59,732 bases of DNA, filler included, from Platydemus manokwari (GCA_037951405.1; 5 parts of 5 records of this genome joined end to end with filler, not necessarily neighbours in it), one strand, 5' to 3'. Shown: positions 24,690 to 39,310, numbered from the whole stretch's first letter. The notes: generated by a model not told the origin, from the sequence alone. Numbers and translations: made by a program.

Positions 24690-27600
24690 CACAGTAACAG
24701 ATAAAATGACGGCTTGAACACATCTAAAAAGGATACCAGTATAAGTATTTCTATTATTAGTGTTACTGTCTGTTCTTTTTTAAGGTGTATATGAGAGACA
24801 GTACCGTCTTCGCTTCTAGCCAAAAGTGTTTGTTTATTTATTTAAGGTTGTTATCGAGAAGTATTTTAGCTACTCCACCTTTTGTTGTTGTTATTGGTTA
24901 TTATAGGGTGTACTTGAGGGACAGTATAGTCCTCTCCACATTTTTAATTTTTCTTGGCAAGCGCGTCTGTCTTGTTTCAAAGATCAATCTCGTGGTGGAA
25001 TCAACCACCTGTTAAAATCTTATATAAGATATAGATTAAATATGCTCAATTTTTTCTTTCAGGTCAAAGGAAAATTGCCAACACAATTTAATTATTGTTT
25101 ATTATGTTGTCCAATATTTAGATTTGCTACTGTGCGAGATGACGTCTTTAAAATTGGTCAGAATGTTTATAATGGAACTGAATGAACGAAATGAACTACA
25201 AAATTTTTACTACAAAAACTTTTTTGAATTTTGGCTTGACCAAAAACCGAGATATTGTGAATGTTAATAAATCTTTGAAGCTTTACTGTCTATCAATGTA
25301 TAAAAGTATTTTGCATGAAATAATATTGCATATTTTAATGTAAAATTGCATGAAATAATATTAGATATTTGTATATAAAAATTCCAAAGCCCTGTGGTTG
25401 ATATAAATAAAATACAATATAAATTAAATCGAAAATAATATTGTAAACCAGTTTAAAATATCTATTAAAATAATTCAATTTAAAAACCCTTTCAAAATTT
25501 CAGCAATTATCGAACGCATCTAGAACAGTTTGCATAATTACTACATATGAAGACACTCTGTGGTATAGAAGCGCAATAATACACTACATCGGCATTACGA
25601 TTCAGTGGAGCAGGAGAAGAAGACACAGTTGAGGTAGTTAAGGTTAAAACTTAATATAAAATCAATAAAACAATGCCTAGGGTCACACACCCTGTCTTCA
25701 TACGTGGATTAGAGTTGATCGAGGCAAATTAACATCATAATACTAAGTTTTGTGATCACCTGTGAGCCATTAGAACTCCAGAGTACTGAAAAGACCCAGA
25801 TATTGCCCAATAGTGTAAAAAATAATAATAATAACAAAATAATCAAGGACCGCAAAATTAACATTTTCCTAGTTAACTGATTCTATTTATATTTTAAATA
25901 TATTTATAATTTTATAGTAATCGTTATTTTTAATATTTTACTTCATGTTTGCATGGAAATTTGGAAATATTTGAGTATTTTTACAGATCTGGATAATGGT
26001 GTCAAAAGCTTGGATAAATGGTTATCTACTCATCCGATTATGATAAATTATATATTAAATTGAATGTGATTTTATGGTGAAAAATTTAATACATATTTAT
26101 TATTGTCATTATCATCATTTATATTATTCATTTCATCAAGATGTTTCAGGTCTTTATGTGCCTTAAGACCTTGAATAGTTTCGAGTGCTTAAATACAATT
26201 TTTTAACTTTTTCTGTAATTTTCATCAAATTACTTTTTCGTAAAAAATTTTGAATTATTCAGATTTTTTTGTTATATTATTGTTATATAGTGGTATGTAT
26301 ATTCAGTCTATGATGGTGTACTCTCAATTAATTTAACAATCAAATCCACTTTAATATAAAATATTATTAATTAAAGTAAAAAATTAAAAAGGGAGAAGAG
26401 AAAGAGAAAGAAATGTATAAATGAAGTATGGCACAGAATATGGACTGCACATACTACTGGAACAAAAAATGAACTACCTCGAGGCTAATTTGAATTATTG
26501 GTTTATTAAAAGATGATAACAGTGATTGAAAACAAAAATAACCTAGCTTCTATCTTCTATCAACAACGAAAATATTATTTATAATTAATCCCTGTATAAC
26601 TTGATATCTCCTTGAGGAAATGGGTAGTCCTGAGCAACAATTCAATTCATTTTGAGCTTGACTATATCGCTTATCAATGCAAATTATCAATGCAAATGAT
26701 ACCATTTTATGTTCGAAAATAAAATCATAAGGCAATAAAAGCAATCTATATGCCAAGGCTTGTAGCGTCTTCTCGATCGTGTGGGTACGCACTTTATTCT
26801 AATGATACGGAAGTTTGAAGAAGATCAGCCGTTATATTTTTGTAAGTTATTATAAAGATTAATTTTAAAATGGGAGATTTTTAAATCCAGAAAATTATAT
26901 ATATATATATAGCTTTATAGAATTTTAAATTTATTATATTTAAATTATTCTAACAGTGACGGACATTATTTAAACCATTCTTGAGTTATTATTTTTAATC
27001 AATGTAATGTTCACTGATTCTCTATCGATTTCACTTATTAAAGAGGTTTATTATCGATATTAGTTCTTTGTTCTTGATTTGTTGTTTGCTTGATTTTTAG
27101 TAGCTACCATAACACCCTTAATTACTATCAGTCTTAGTGATTATTCCACTTTGCGACTTATTAAAACATAAAACGTGAGATTTAAGAATAAAATGAATAT
27201 ATTGAGTTTACCAATAAATAGTTATAGATCTCGAAGTGGCAAGCCTTGCATTGGAAGAAGCCAGTAAGAAAACCCAATAAATTTAAAAGAATTAACAATG
27301 GACAGATTAGTGAAATGACCTATTGTGAATCGAACATATTGTACATCGAATATGTACATTCAGGCTTTATTCTTAAACATCAAGGTCCTGAAATTTATTA
27401 TTTCAGATTTCCCATGCGTGCTGCTTTCTTTTCCTGAATTTCTCACTTGCCCACTTGCCTTCCAGTCCCTATTCTATTTCCAATTTACTTTTTATTATTT
27501 TTAATCTTTCATCGTTGAGTCAGTTGTTACCATTCCTATTTTCACTCCCTCTCTCTCTCACTTTTTCCATGACTCGTGTTTTCAGCTTTTTTCCGCTTAG

Positions 27601-28090
27601 GATTCGTTTTCAGTATATCGTTTTATTACGCTTACCCATCGCCCTTCTTCTTTCTCCGCTTTGGAATTTTTAACTTATAGTTTATAGGTAATCACTGTCA
27701 TGGTTATATTCCTCTAATCTACACCGCTGCCGTCAGCTTCGGTGGCATCGCTTATGTTGCTATCGTCTCTCATTCTCCTAACATTAATATTCAAACAATA
27801 CTACTCTCAAAAAATTTTGTATTCAGATAACAAAATAATTTCAATTGTAGATTCAATTATTTTTTATAGAATCTCTTTAACTTTTTGATAATTAAACTTG
27901 ATCAATTTAGCATCGTAGCTTTGAAAAATCGTCAAGCAAGAGCTACCAAATATATGAAATCATATCTAAGTAACTATTATAATTACTATCCGAATAATAA
28001 TACAGTTGAAGTACGGACACCAGCTCAGAATATTATTATTAAAGATTTAAGTCTCAGCAAATAAATGTTGTTGGAAGGTGTCTCAACAAA

Positions 28091-28200
28091 ATGCATTCTA
28101 TCTTAGATCGTTTCAAGATATTTAATGCTGTAATTAAAAAAGCTGTTAGTTATGTTGCCGGATTTACTTTCTTTACGGATCATGAAATACAAAAACTTCA
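28091..28200 (+). mobile_element. LTR-retrotransposon RNase H scrap
   Basis: AVIKKAVSYVAGFTFFTDH resembles WAVKKFRxYLxGxxFTxxTDH. Confidence 0.35.
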
Positions 28201-30847
28201 TAATTCTAGCCGAAATAACAACTGGTATATTTCTTCAATCAGTTCCTTGGGGTGGAAGAGGTTCACAGAAGTGTTAATTATAAATTACAAACAATCAAAA
28301 TTTCTCTAAAATTTATTTTAATTTGATTTGCAGATTATTAAAGATGATAATTGGTAGACGTGGTTGAGAAAATGTGCGATGTACCTAATTTTAATGTTTT
28401 TTTTAAATATTGAGGTTTGGAGATCGAAACAGGTCTTGAGGTCATCAACAGAAATAATAAACAGCGCTTATCCTTTGTGAGTAACGATCTTTGTTTATGT
28501 GTAAAACAGTGCTGGATTTTTAGTTGTAATTAGTTTTAATAACTGTAATTGTCATCCAATAATCGAAATAATAAGCATTTGATATTGAATATCTTTGTGC
28601 CTTAGTTGAACCCTATTATTATTTTATCATCACGATATTCTGTAATGTATTATTGATATTTTTAATGGTTAGGATACTCTGTTAAAGAACAACAATGGTA
28701 AGGAGCCGCAATTATTTATTTTCTAAGTAAAATATTATTTTATAAAGGAATTCATAATTCAATGATTTGGATAAATTGCTTTGCTATAAAAAAATTACAG
28801 ATTTTAAAATCAATTAACCCAGAATTAAAATCCGCCTAATCGTAAATGATAATTTTATATCCATTTCTAATAAATAATAAACGAAATAGAAATTAGTCAT
28901 CATTAAAATGCGTAGTAACTTAAAATATTGTAGTAATTCCTAAAAAAGAGTTATGAATAAATTATAACATACCATCCAATTATTCATAACTCATAGTAAA
29001 TTTGTAGTATAAATATGTACCCTAAACCAGTTACCCTACGCCGACTAAGAAATTACTAATCACTAGCACAAAATCATCTGAATAAAAGCTCTCTTACCAA
29101 CCATCACGATAGGAAGTTAGATCTTCAATATATGCCTACTGCATTCTACTGGATGACCGAAGTCTTAAATTGTCATTTTCCTGTCAAGATGAAGCAGTAA
29201 TTAAGTAAGCCTTAATTGATAAAAAAAATCAATATCACCATTTACTCTTTTTAATTTCAAAGCTCAATTTTAGTTTGATTTTAAGATCACGTTATATATC
29301 GTAAACTTCTGGATGAAGCTTTGCTGTCCTTAAAATCCAACGCAAATTATTTTAGTCAGTTGTAACAATTATTTTTGTGTAACGATAGATTTTTTTTTTA
29401 TAAAAAAACTTGGTTTTTCATTGCGTTACGATAATGTCTGATCATATTTACAATGATTATATAATATAATAATTATTATCATCACATGGTAGGCGGTGTC
29501 AGGACAAAGGAACAACAATTTAAGGCTAATACATCTGAGTTATTTAATAGAACTCACACAGACTAATATAAACTAGAGTAGTGACAATAGAAAAAATTGT
29601 ACGTGCGAATATAAAATTGATAATAATTTAATATAAGTCTGATAGTAAAACCACCTATAAACCAAATGTATCATATATACATTATTTTATTCTGATCGAT
29701 TCCAAACCGCTGAGTGTAATTTATCAGATTTTACTATTGTTATGACCTAAATAAACAAATACCGAAACGTAAAATAGTTTCACCGATAAAACCGTAATAA
29801 AAATGGCCACAGAATCTATTTTTATTTATCTAGTAGGTTCAGCACCCAAAAGAAGGGAAAGATAATGAAAAGTTTACTATCATAAAAGATTGACCAGAGC
29901 TCTTTGTATAGTTTTAATTTTGTCTATATAAATCAATTCATTGAGCCTTAATTTTTATTTCTTCAATATTTTCAGGTCCACATTGAGTCTTTTAATTTCA
30001 GGTTTATCTTCATTCTTGACTGTCATTGAGCTATCTAATAATTCGTTACTTTATGTTGTCATTCCTCTACTGAAAGCAGAAATCAAATTAGAGAGTGTTT
30101 ATTTGATTAGATAGATAGTGTGTATCGAATTTTGATGTGTATATTTTTGGCATATTTCAAGGATTCATTGTGATAATTTTGCATTATTTTTGGCGTAATC
30201 AACAGTATGACTAAATATAATTATTATTATTTTGTAATTTCTGAAACGATATATATAACTTGCTTTTTATGCGAAAAAGTTTTTCAGCTGACTTGATTTA
30301 ACTTTGAGATGTTAGTTAATGTTAATTTGTAGACCATTAATGCCATGGATTTTTGTTGATCTACATTGAAATTTTTAGTCTCTGCATTACAATTTGATTC
30401 TTATTATAATGAATCTAATTAAGACTCCATACTTAATTTTAGAACTTTAATTTATTGGTTTAAAATTTCTCTATTTAATAAGCATATTTCTATTATTTTT
30501 AGAATGATTAATGGACGATTCTGGACGGATCCAATAATAATCCTAAATGAACATTCGTTTTGAAAATCCAAGAGTAAATTGAAGGTTTTAAATTACTATA
30601 ACTTTTTAATTAAGGAAAACCTAGTTACACCATAAAATAATTTAATTTTTGATGATTTGGTTAATTTTTCTGATCTTGTTAATATAAGTTTGTATTTCAT
30701 AGGAGTTTTCATAATTTTTAAAATTGATATTATGGAAAATACATGATAAATTTTTGAATTACTTTCAAATTATTAATTAATTAAATATTATTTTATGTGA
30801 AAACTTTTAATTGAATTTATACAATTAAGTATGAATTAAAATACAAA

Positions 30848-30947
30848 NNNNNNNNNNNNNNNNNNNNNNNNNNNNNNNNNNNNNNNNNNNNTTAATTAAT
30901 TAANNNNNNNNNNNNNNNNNNNNNNNNNNNNNNNNNNNNNNNNNNNN
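30848..30947. other. Artificial contig spacer
   Basis: 44 N + TTAATTAATTAA + 44 N. Confidence 0.98.
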
Positions 30948-31727
30948 TCACATTTGAACGATTGACGAAAGAAGATTTGGGATCATACAAATGTATTGCT
31001 AAAGGTACCACTGAAAATAATATGGAAATGGAATTAGAAGCTACCACCTATCAAAGAATTTCAGGATATGAATACAATAGAATTGGTAATAATTATATTC
31101 ACGATAATTTAATTATAATTATATATATTTGTAGAAGGAAACAATGACATTAGCAACAAAGTCAATATTGAAAGAAATATCGAAAGATCATCTGTCGAAT
31201 ATTCCATTAACATTGTATCATCACCCGAACAATTCAGAATTGGAGAAAGATTTACAATGCAATGTAAAGTTACTCCACAAATGAAAGATGTTAGATACCA
31301 ATGGTTCAAGAATAGCAATTTTTATTCAAACGAAGAAACTGTCACATTTGAACAATTAACGAAAGAGGATTTAGGATCATACAAATGTATTGCTAAAGGT
31401 ACCACTGAAAATAATATGGAAATGGAATTAGAAGCCACCACTTTTCAAAGAATATCTGGTTTGTGCTCTTCCGTTAATCGAAAGATAAAGAATAGAGAAC
31501 TACATTGCTCATCTGCCAACCGTGAGTTTTCTGGATCTGATGTAAAATGGTATTATAATGATAATGAATTGGATTCACTGAATTCTTACAAGAAACTTGG
31601 TGTTGAAAGAAAAGATATTAATTATGGCAGTATTTTGCTTTTGAAAAATATTTCGTTATGCAATGAAAAATTTATTCGTTGCAAGGTTGACAATATCATT
31701 CAAAACGTTAAAGTTGTTGAGTTCTGA
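30948..31727 (+). CDS. 3' end of a tandem immunoglobulin-domain protein (intron 31086-31134)
   Basis: Ig motifs MQCKV, YQWFKN, DLGSYKC. A near-identical coding repeat recurs at a 394-bp period (30948 vs 31342). Terminal divergent Ig (LHC..VKWYYN..IRCKV); no TM. Confidence 0.85.
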
Positions 31728-31938
31728 TCATGTTTTCCAATAAATATTTAACATGATATTCTCTGTTTTAATTGATTTTGTTATAATCTTTTTATTACTT
31801 GAAACCTTCACTTGGATTGTTATCATTAATTATTTCAATTACCTAAAATTCAGTATTCAATGTTACAAATCAATAAAATTAATACAAGCAATATATTTCT
31901 AAACTATGAAATTTTATCGAAACTAATTTATTCAATCG

Positions 31939-34218
31939 CTATGTCATGTTCTTGGGCAGTCCAACTTTACCAAACGTTGCACGTAAAATTTCAATCATTG
32001 AATTTTCACCTTCGATTAATTTTTCCGCTTTTTCTACTGGTGTATTAATCGGCCCATGTCGGCGTTCCCATACCATGCGATGTTTCTGTTTAGCGTAAAC
32101 ATCTCTCACATGATTGTAGTATCCAATATCACCATCTATTCCATATCAAAAAAAAAACAATAATCAATATTATTTGTTGTTTTATCTAGTTAATATATTT
32201 TGTTGGAATATGTGATATTATCTATATTTAATTGATAATTTTTAATATTCTTGATAAACTCATGATTTGTTTCTGACATTAGTTATAAATTAAATATTTC
32301 TCAAATAATATGAACTACATCAATTGATTTCTATTTATATTGTGTACATCAGTGATTCCCAAAGTGGGCGCTACAAAGATCCAGAAGGTCGGCTGTTGAA
32401 TACAAGCTCAATGGGGGGAGGTGACAATACTGTAAGAAAATTATTATTAAAAATTTTGATTTATCTCGTTTGCTCAAAACGCTTAATTTGTCTTTAAACA
32501 ACGAACTGTGCGTTCTCACTAATTTTCATTGAAGTATGTGTAATCGCGCACTCAATGCTGCTGGTTGTGCGCTTTGTCGCTTGCAACGCCGAAGTCTGGT
32601 AGTAGAGCGGTAGTATTTCTGGGATTCCCCGTAATGATTAACTGAAATAAAACTAAAAGAAAGATTAGTTTGTTGTGATGTTAGGAGAAGTTAAAATTAA
32701 GTAATAATAGATATTAACACTAAGATTTTTTTATAAATTGCTACTAAAAGTTTTAAAAAAATTGGTGTGTTAGTTTGAGGGCGCTATGTAATATTTATTC
32801 TGAAAAGGGGGGATACACCAGAAAAGTTTGGGAATCACTGATGTACATTTATCATATATCACATATCTCAATGATGTGATTAATGCCTTCAAAAATATAA
32901 TTGAAACATGTACATGCTTAAATGGCGTAATCAACGTTTGGATGCCAAATAACAATTCCCGATCATGGGATATCACAGAAAAATGAATTATTATCAGTAA
33001 ATGCAATTATAATTATATTATTATCAATAATTATAATGATAATTATTATCAATTATAACATCATATCAATGAATATTTAAGTGATTTAGTGTTGAAAATC
33101 TTGCGTAAGGTGTTACGCAACTATGCTGTTTTCGATAATAAATCACAAAAAAGCAAATACCCCGTTTTAGAAACTTTTATAAATGGAAAAATACATCATG
33201 TTTTTTATATAATATAAGATTCTACAAGGTCTTTCGTAATCGAACCACATCATTTGTTCAGGATCCCTTATTTCAAACAATCGATAATTTGATCTCGACA
33301 CAATTAATTTGGGCTCAGTTTTATTTGTTTGATTTTTTAACAAGATTTTTATCAGACGAAACCACTAATAATATCATATTTTCGAACAATTTCCTTGTCA
33401 TTATTAAATAATATCATCACCATTCATTGATTAATAACGATAAAAAACTGTATTATAAAACCATATAAATAAAATTTTCATTCAAAAACAAACATTATTA
33501 TTCAATTATAATCTTCTCAATTAATAATTTTGATGGAGATGGAATTATTATTGAAATTAATTCGTAAACAATCATTAAAATATTTTAAAAATCAATATTT
33601 TAAAATTAATCAATTATTACACAATGTTATGTTATTAGATCATCATAAGTCCTTACACTTAATGAAATAGTTCTGTATTGCTTGATCATAATCTTCTCTT
33701 TCTTTAGTACATAGCGATTCTCTTTCGTCCGCTGATCTATCTCCACTGTACCACATAATGCATTCGGTTTTTCGTTTTCTTAGAATTCGAACAATCTGTG
33801 ATTCGACTAACCTAATTTAGTAATTTCAAGACTTGATTAATCATTCTATTTGACAATACCGATCACGTTGATATTGAGCATCAGCTTCTTTTTGGCAAAT
33901 AACATCGTCTAGATAACATTCATCAATTTGCGGAACTCGTTTGTATATTCGATGATAATAAGGATATGGTTCGCCTCGAAATTGCATTAGAAAATCTTGA
34001 AAATAATTAAAATTGCTTTGCTCTTTATTAATAAATTAATGCGAACTATGAAACATTGTGGTTGATTCGTCCACAGCGTTTGCTAGAGCAGTGAAAAGAG
34101 AATTTTCGTATCGCTCTGTCTTTTTATCTAAATATTCGCGCTTGAAATGACTTTCATGATGATGAGAACCATGATCAGATTTATGGTTTTCATCGCCGTC
34201 ACAATCTTCACTAGGCAT
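31939..34218 (-). CDS. NDUFB10: NADH dehydrogenase 1 beta subcomplex subunit 10 (4 exons)
   Basis: Spliced translation gives PYYHRIYKRVPQIDECYLDDVICQKEADAQYQRDR, VESQIVRILRKRKTEC, and last exon (31939-32135) YGDIGYY...KQKHRMVWERRHGP. Intron 3 spans 32136-33656. Confidence 0.92.
32350..32840. mobile_element. Non-autonomous hAT (Buster/Charlie-type) MITE, 491 bp, in NDUFB10 intron 3
   Basis: Perfect 14-bp TIRs CAGTGATTCCCAAA. 8-bp TSD gtgTAcat/atgTAcat with central TA. Confidence 0.9.
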
Positions 34219-35688
34219 TGATATTTTTAAATCACTTCGAATAATTTAAAAATAAATTTGAAACATTTAAATAAACTGCATTAATAATAAATGAAATTTA
34301 TCATAGTTATCAGTTGCAGAGTATTTATTTTTGTCTTACGGATATTTTATTGAAATAATTTATTTGCATTAATGATTATTTGCAAGAAAAATTGCTTTTT
34401 ATTTTAGATTCGTAATTTTAAGTGTTTATCTAATTAATATTTATTTATTCTAGTATTGTGATTTTTATTTAAGGTTTAATTAGGTAAAATATCAACCAAA
34501 CAAGTTTTCTACCTATATTTCTAAAATTATGCAAAAAATATAATTAGTTAAAAACCTTAAGTCTAACTTGAAACTCTAAGATGTTTAATTAACTTAAAAA
34601 AAATTAATTTATAATTTTTCTTACGAAATATTAATGCATTTTCCCGCCACACATAGTTAAACTTAGTCTAAGCTGGGTTTTTCATGCAGCAGTGCTTTGT
34701 ACTTTCTCTATTGGACTGTTGGACTGGTTACTTTGTATACTTGTTTGGTCTTCGTCATTCTTTTTCTTTATGTGTTTTGGTGATGTGAAATGAAGCATTG
34801 CAAACTAGAAACATATATTTTCTTTAATCTTTTTCATCCGATTTGGATTCCCAGTAATCAATTCTTGTGGTGCACTGCTCATTAAACTAAATATGTTTTG
34901 TTATTTTTTATGTTAACCTTCGTTCTCAATAAAATTTATTGCCCTTAAATTAGTTATTGTTCTTATAGTACAATTTTTAAGGTAATATATAATTTATCTA
35001 TTTTGCATAATAATAGAAATAATAGTTGAATTTTATTCAGCAGGAACCTTTGTTACTCAGACGAATAATATTTATTTAATAATTTTGAATAAAGTTTTCA
35101 AACATTTAGATAATTAGTTATTTTCCTATGGTGTAGTTGTCAATATTCACTATCGAAGCCGCTTAGAATAATTCAAACAACTAGACAAAATAATTATTTA
35201 ATAATGCTTAGACAATTATATTTCAAAGATCTTTCAAGCTTTTCGTTTGTTGCCTATTAATACTGACTATCATACAAAGGTCATTATGCAGATAGAAATC
35301 ACAAAGATATTAAAGAACTGTTTGAAGGTTGGTGGTATCACCAAAGGTAATGAATAATAGTCCACTGACCGATCAGAGTTCTTGTATGGTTTCATTATGG
35401 GTGAATCTCGTCTGTCGGTAAGTGGTTTGAAAATTGCCCAGTGAAAGTTGCTACCCAGTCTTGTTCATGTCGGCGTTGATATCCATCTCTTTTAATTTCA
35501 CGTTTACACGAACCTTTAAAAATAGGAAAACATACCCTGAATAGTGAGTGTTGGCTCCTTCTCGTTGTCTTCCAAACAGATACAATAATTTCTCAGCAAA
35601 CCACAGCAATATATCATGATTTTCCTAAGAATGTATGACCAAATAAAACTTCAACAAGTGAATTAGAATCAATATTTTAAAATAACAA

Positions 35689-35746
<58 letters not shown>
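35689..35746. repeat. (TAT)n microsatellite
   Basis: About 19 perfect units. Confidence 0.95.
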
Positions 35747-36039
35747 TCTGGTAATGAATCTATTGTTCGCTGATTAATTTCTGGTTTATTACTATAGTAT
35801 GAAGATTGATATAAAAAGGTAATATAAACTGCAATGAAGTACATCGTATAAGTCGTAATGACTCGTCACACCTTAATATACGACTACGCTAATTGTTTTC
35901 GATTCACAGAAATCATCAACTCCCGAATATGTAAGATAACTTACGGAATTTAGTTCTGCTTAACAAATGATAGTTACCATAAAAAGAGTTGGTTAGTACA
36001 TAATCAATATAAGATTTTATTTCAGTAAAAATTATAGAT

Positions 36040-39000
36040 ATGAGCATTAATGCAATGTAGTGTCTATCTATGACTTCTTTTAGTAATCCTAAAAGAAAAG
36101 GCACACGAGACTACGGAATTACCGAACGTAAGCAAACTCTTATATCAATAATATCAAAAACACCCTTAAACCATACTATTATAAATATCCTCAAATGAAA
36201 ACAAATCTTGTAATAAGCAAAAAAATATTGTTGCGAAACAAGCACATAATTATTTATCACAGTGTCTTGCAATGTTCTACCCTTGAGCAAATACTACAAA
36301 CAGATCTAACAGGAAGTTTTGAATCCAGAAAATTGGCTTATAATTTGTTGATCCAACAAAATAATTTGTGACTGCTTGGTCAGAAATTGCGTTTACTCAT
36401 GTATTTGATTGTTAAATTCTAGCTTTTTATTGGAATTTTTCATTCTTCTTTGTCTGTAGACAAAAAACATTTTTGAACAATGCTCGATTTTTCAGTCTCT
36501 TGGAATTAGTACAAAATAGCTGAGTTTGATTCGCTTTATATAGTATTGATTATATTTCATGTCTGCTGATTTATTCTGTTATCATTTTTGGTTTATTCTC
36601 CAGTCTCCTGTTACCTAATATATGATGCAATAATTAATTTTATTCACTCTATATAATTTTCTACGTGATATTTCCAACTTCATCTATTCCAGGAAGTCTT
36701 CATATAATCATGTGATATTTACTTAAATTATGTAATAATTTGTTCGGCGGGAAGTTGCTTTATATTTGGCACGCAATCCGTATTTACCAATTAATTACTA
36801 TTTTTCTTTATGGTTAATTTTTTCTAAATTAAAAGGTAACTTTGATTTAACTAATTAATAAACTGAAGAAAAATTTTAACTGCTTAATCTTATACTCATT
36901 AATTGGATTAAAACATAAATATTTTATTCTTATTGTTATCCTAACTTTTCTTTAGAAATAAAAATGTTTAATAATGATTAAAAGTGTTACCATTTACTCT
37001 TATTGTTTTCTCTGTGAGAGACTCAATAATCGGAAATAAAAAAAATAAAAATGATGTTTTTAAGTACACTGTGAAAGACTAGATTTTTAAAGATACAATA
37101 TACAAAGATATAGAAAGCACATTATACTGATACCCATTCCATCTCAGTTTAGTTTATTAGCTAATCTGTTTTTGTAGCTGCAGATTTTCACAAATATTTT
37201 TGTTTTTCTCCACTGACATCCTTAATTACTTTAAGCTGCATTGTAATCAAAGGTACTTGTTCCCATGAATAATTTTTAATTGGATCCAAAATAGCTTCCG
37301 CTGGGTTATCTTTATCATGTGACATTTCTGTATCAATGGAATTCTCAACATCCGATATCTCTTATTTTCTGGATAATATCACGAATTCTCCACCATTTAC
37401 ATTGAGAGTCTTGAATGTATTCATCAACCATTGTCTTAGTCTCTTCCTTTGGTACATGTGCGAACTTTCTACATTGGTCACATTTTACAGTAACTGATAT
37501 TCTCCTAGGCACTTGGCACTCTTTATGTATTCTAATGAATTCTTTCATTACTCTAACCAAGTCATAATATTGTGGTAGATATTCATCACTGGAATATAGT
37601 TTATGTTTTATATCTCCAATATATTTAAAAATTTTATTTACGTCTTCTAATTTCCATTCAATGATGTTCTGTTAAACTGTTTTTGTACTTATTATCTTCA
37701 TCTGCCTTTTTGGCTTCTTTTTCTTCCTTTTCTGTTTGTATTTCGATTACATTAAATATTTTTACATTTAAAGTTTCTGTAGTTTCTTTATTAATTTTGT
37801 CAATTTTTTCAGTTTCTTTATTATTGTCCAAATTTTTTACCAACTCCTACTTAATTCAAGCATATTCATTTCTTTTAATCTTCCACATTGTTTCTGCGTA
37901 TCATGTATCTTCATAGTTATTTCTTTAAACTTTGCTCTAAGGGCTTCTACTTCACTTGTTGTGTTCCTGAGCTTAAATCTCTTGGTGTTATTCTTGTCTT
38001 TCTTTTCAGGTTAAAATCACTGTTGTTCTATAGATTTCATTATTCCAATCATCTCTTCTATAATTTTAATATCTCCCATTGTTATTTCAAAAACCTTTTC
38101 TATTATTGCTTCAATTTTCACCATTATTATTCGATCTTGAAGGACTTTTTCCTTCATCGACCCAACCTTAAAATCATCAGCCGTTTAATCCTCTATAAAC
38201 CTTTTTATTCCGTGAAAGTTAATTCTTCTTCTTTTAAAATTGATAAGAAATCTTTTTCATCATTTTCCAGTCTAAATTTCCAATACCTGGATCTTTCTGA
38301 TACTTTTATTTTATTAATTTTATTTTTTCAACAAGACTTTCTTATCTTCTTCATATCTCACTTGAATAATTTCATTTGCCCTAGCTCCATATCAAGCTTC
38401 AACTTGCTTTGCTTTCTGTACCAATTTCTGGAACACCAAAACATTAACACCATTCATATAAGCTCCTGAATTCCCGACTTGAATCAACTATAAATTATTC
38501 GTTCTATCTGCGGTCCTACTACAATATTTTTTTACTGCTAATTTATTCAATGAGATCATCACACTGACTTATTCGCTTTTTGGAACCTTTCTCAAAAAAA
38601 TAATGCATAATCTGCTTGTAAATCATATTCCAGAACTATCTCTTCTTTCGTTGAATCTTTCATATCCTGATACTCATATGCTGTATTATTTATTCTCATA
38701 ATATTATAACATTCTAGTGCATATCCTTTTAAATGAAATAAGAACCTTAGTAATTATTGTGTATAATTACACCCATCTATTTGAGCTGTTCTCTCATGTT
38801 CCTCATAAAAGTGTGCAAACTCAACTAACTCTCCAGTTCACACTGCATTTGATTAACTTGCAATTCTATTCATTTGGTCATTATTTTCGAAATTAAACAT
38901 ATTATCATTATCATATTTCTTAATCTATATATAAAACTTCGCATTATATTAATTTCTCGATTTTTTATATCAATTAGCAACACACACAAATTCAAATCTT

Positions 39001-39310
39001 ATTATGAGATTAATATCATCAATCAAATGTTATCAAATCTTCATTTAATCAGACTCATTATCACATCAAATTATTTATATTTTTAAACTCAGTCCTCGCT
39101 CGGGGCATCAAATTTTATCGTTGAGTTTCTGCTGTTTATATAATGTTTGAAACACAAAATCACGAGTTCTCAAGTGTATTTTTGTGTATGAAGGTTATTT
39201 AAGTTTATGTACTAAAATTATTTAGTTGTCATATAACTACATTTATAACGATTTAATTACAATCACAAATGACACGCTAGCTAACTCTTATAAATGATTT
39301 TACAACAACA
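36040..39310 (-). mobile_element. Second, highly decayed Ty3/gypsy-like element (LTR, PBS, gag, possible glycoprotein remnant)
   Basis: PBS-like TGATGCCCCGAGCGAGG near 39094-39110 resembles the tRNA-Met PBS TGGTGCCCCGTGTGAGG. Gag from 38873 reads FAHFYEEHERTAQIDG..LLRFLFHLKGYALECY..ERFQKANKSV. Putative LTR about 39119-39310. Confidence 0.65.

Noticed and set aside
37683-38469. Plus-strand hydrophobic ORFs of 77 and 193 aa
   Set aside because: Antisense shadows of the A-rich minus-strand retroelement coding sequence.
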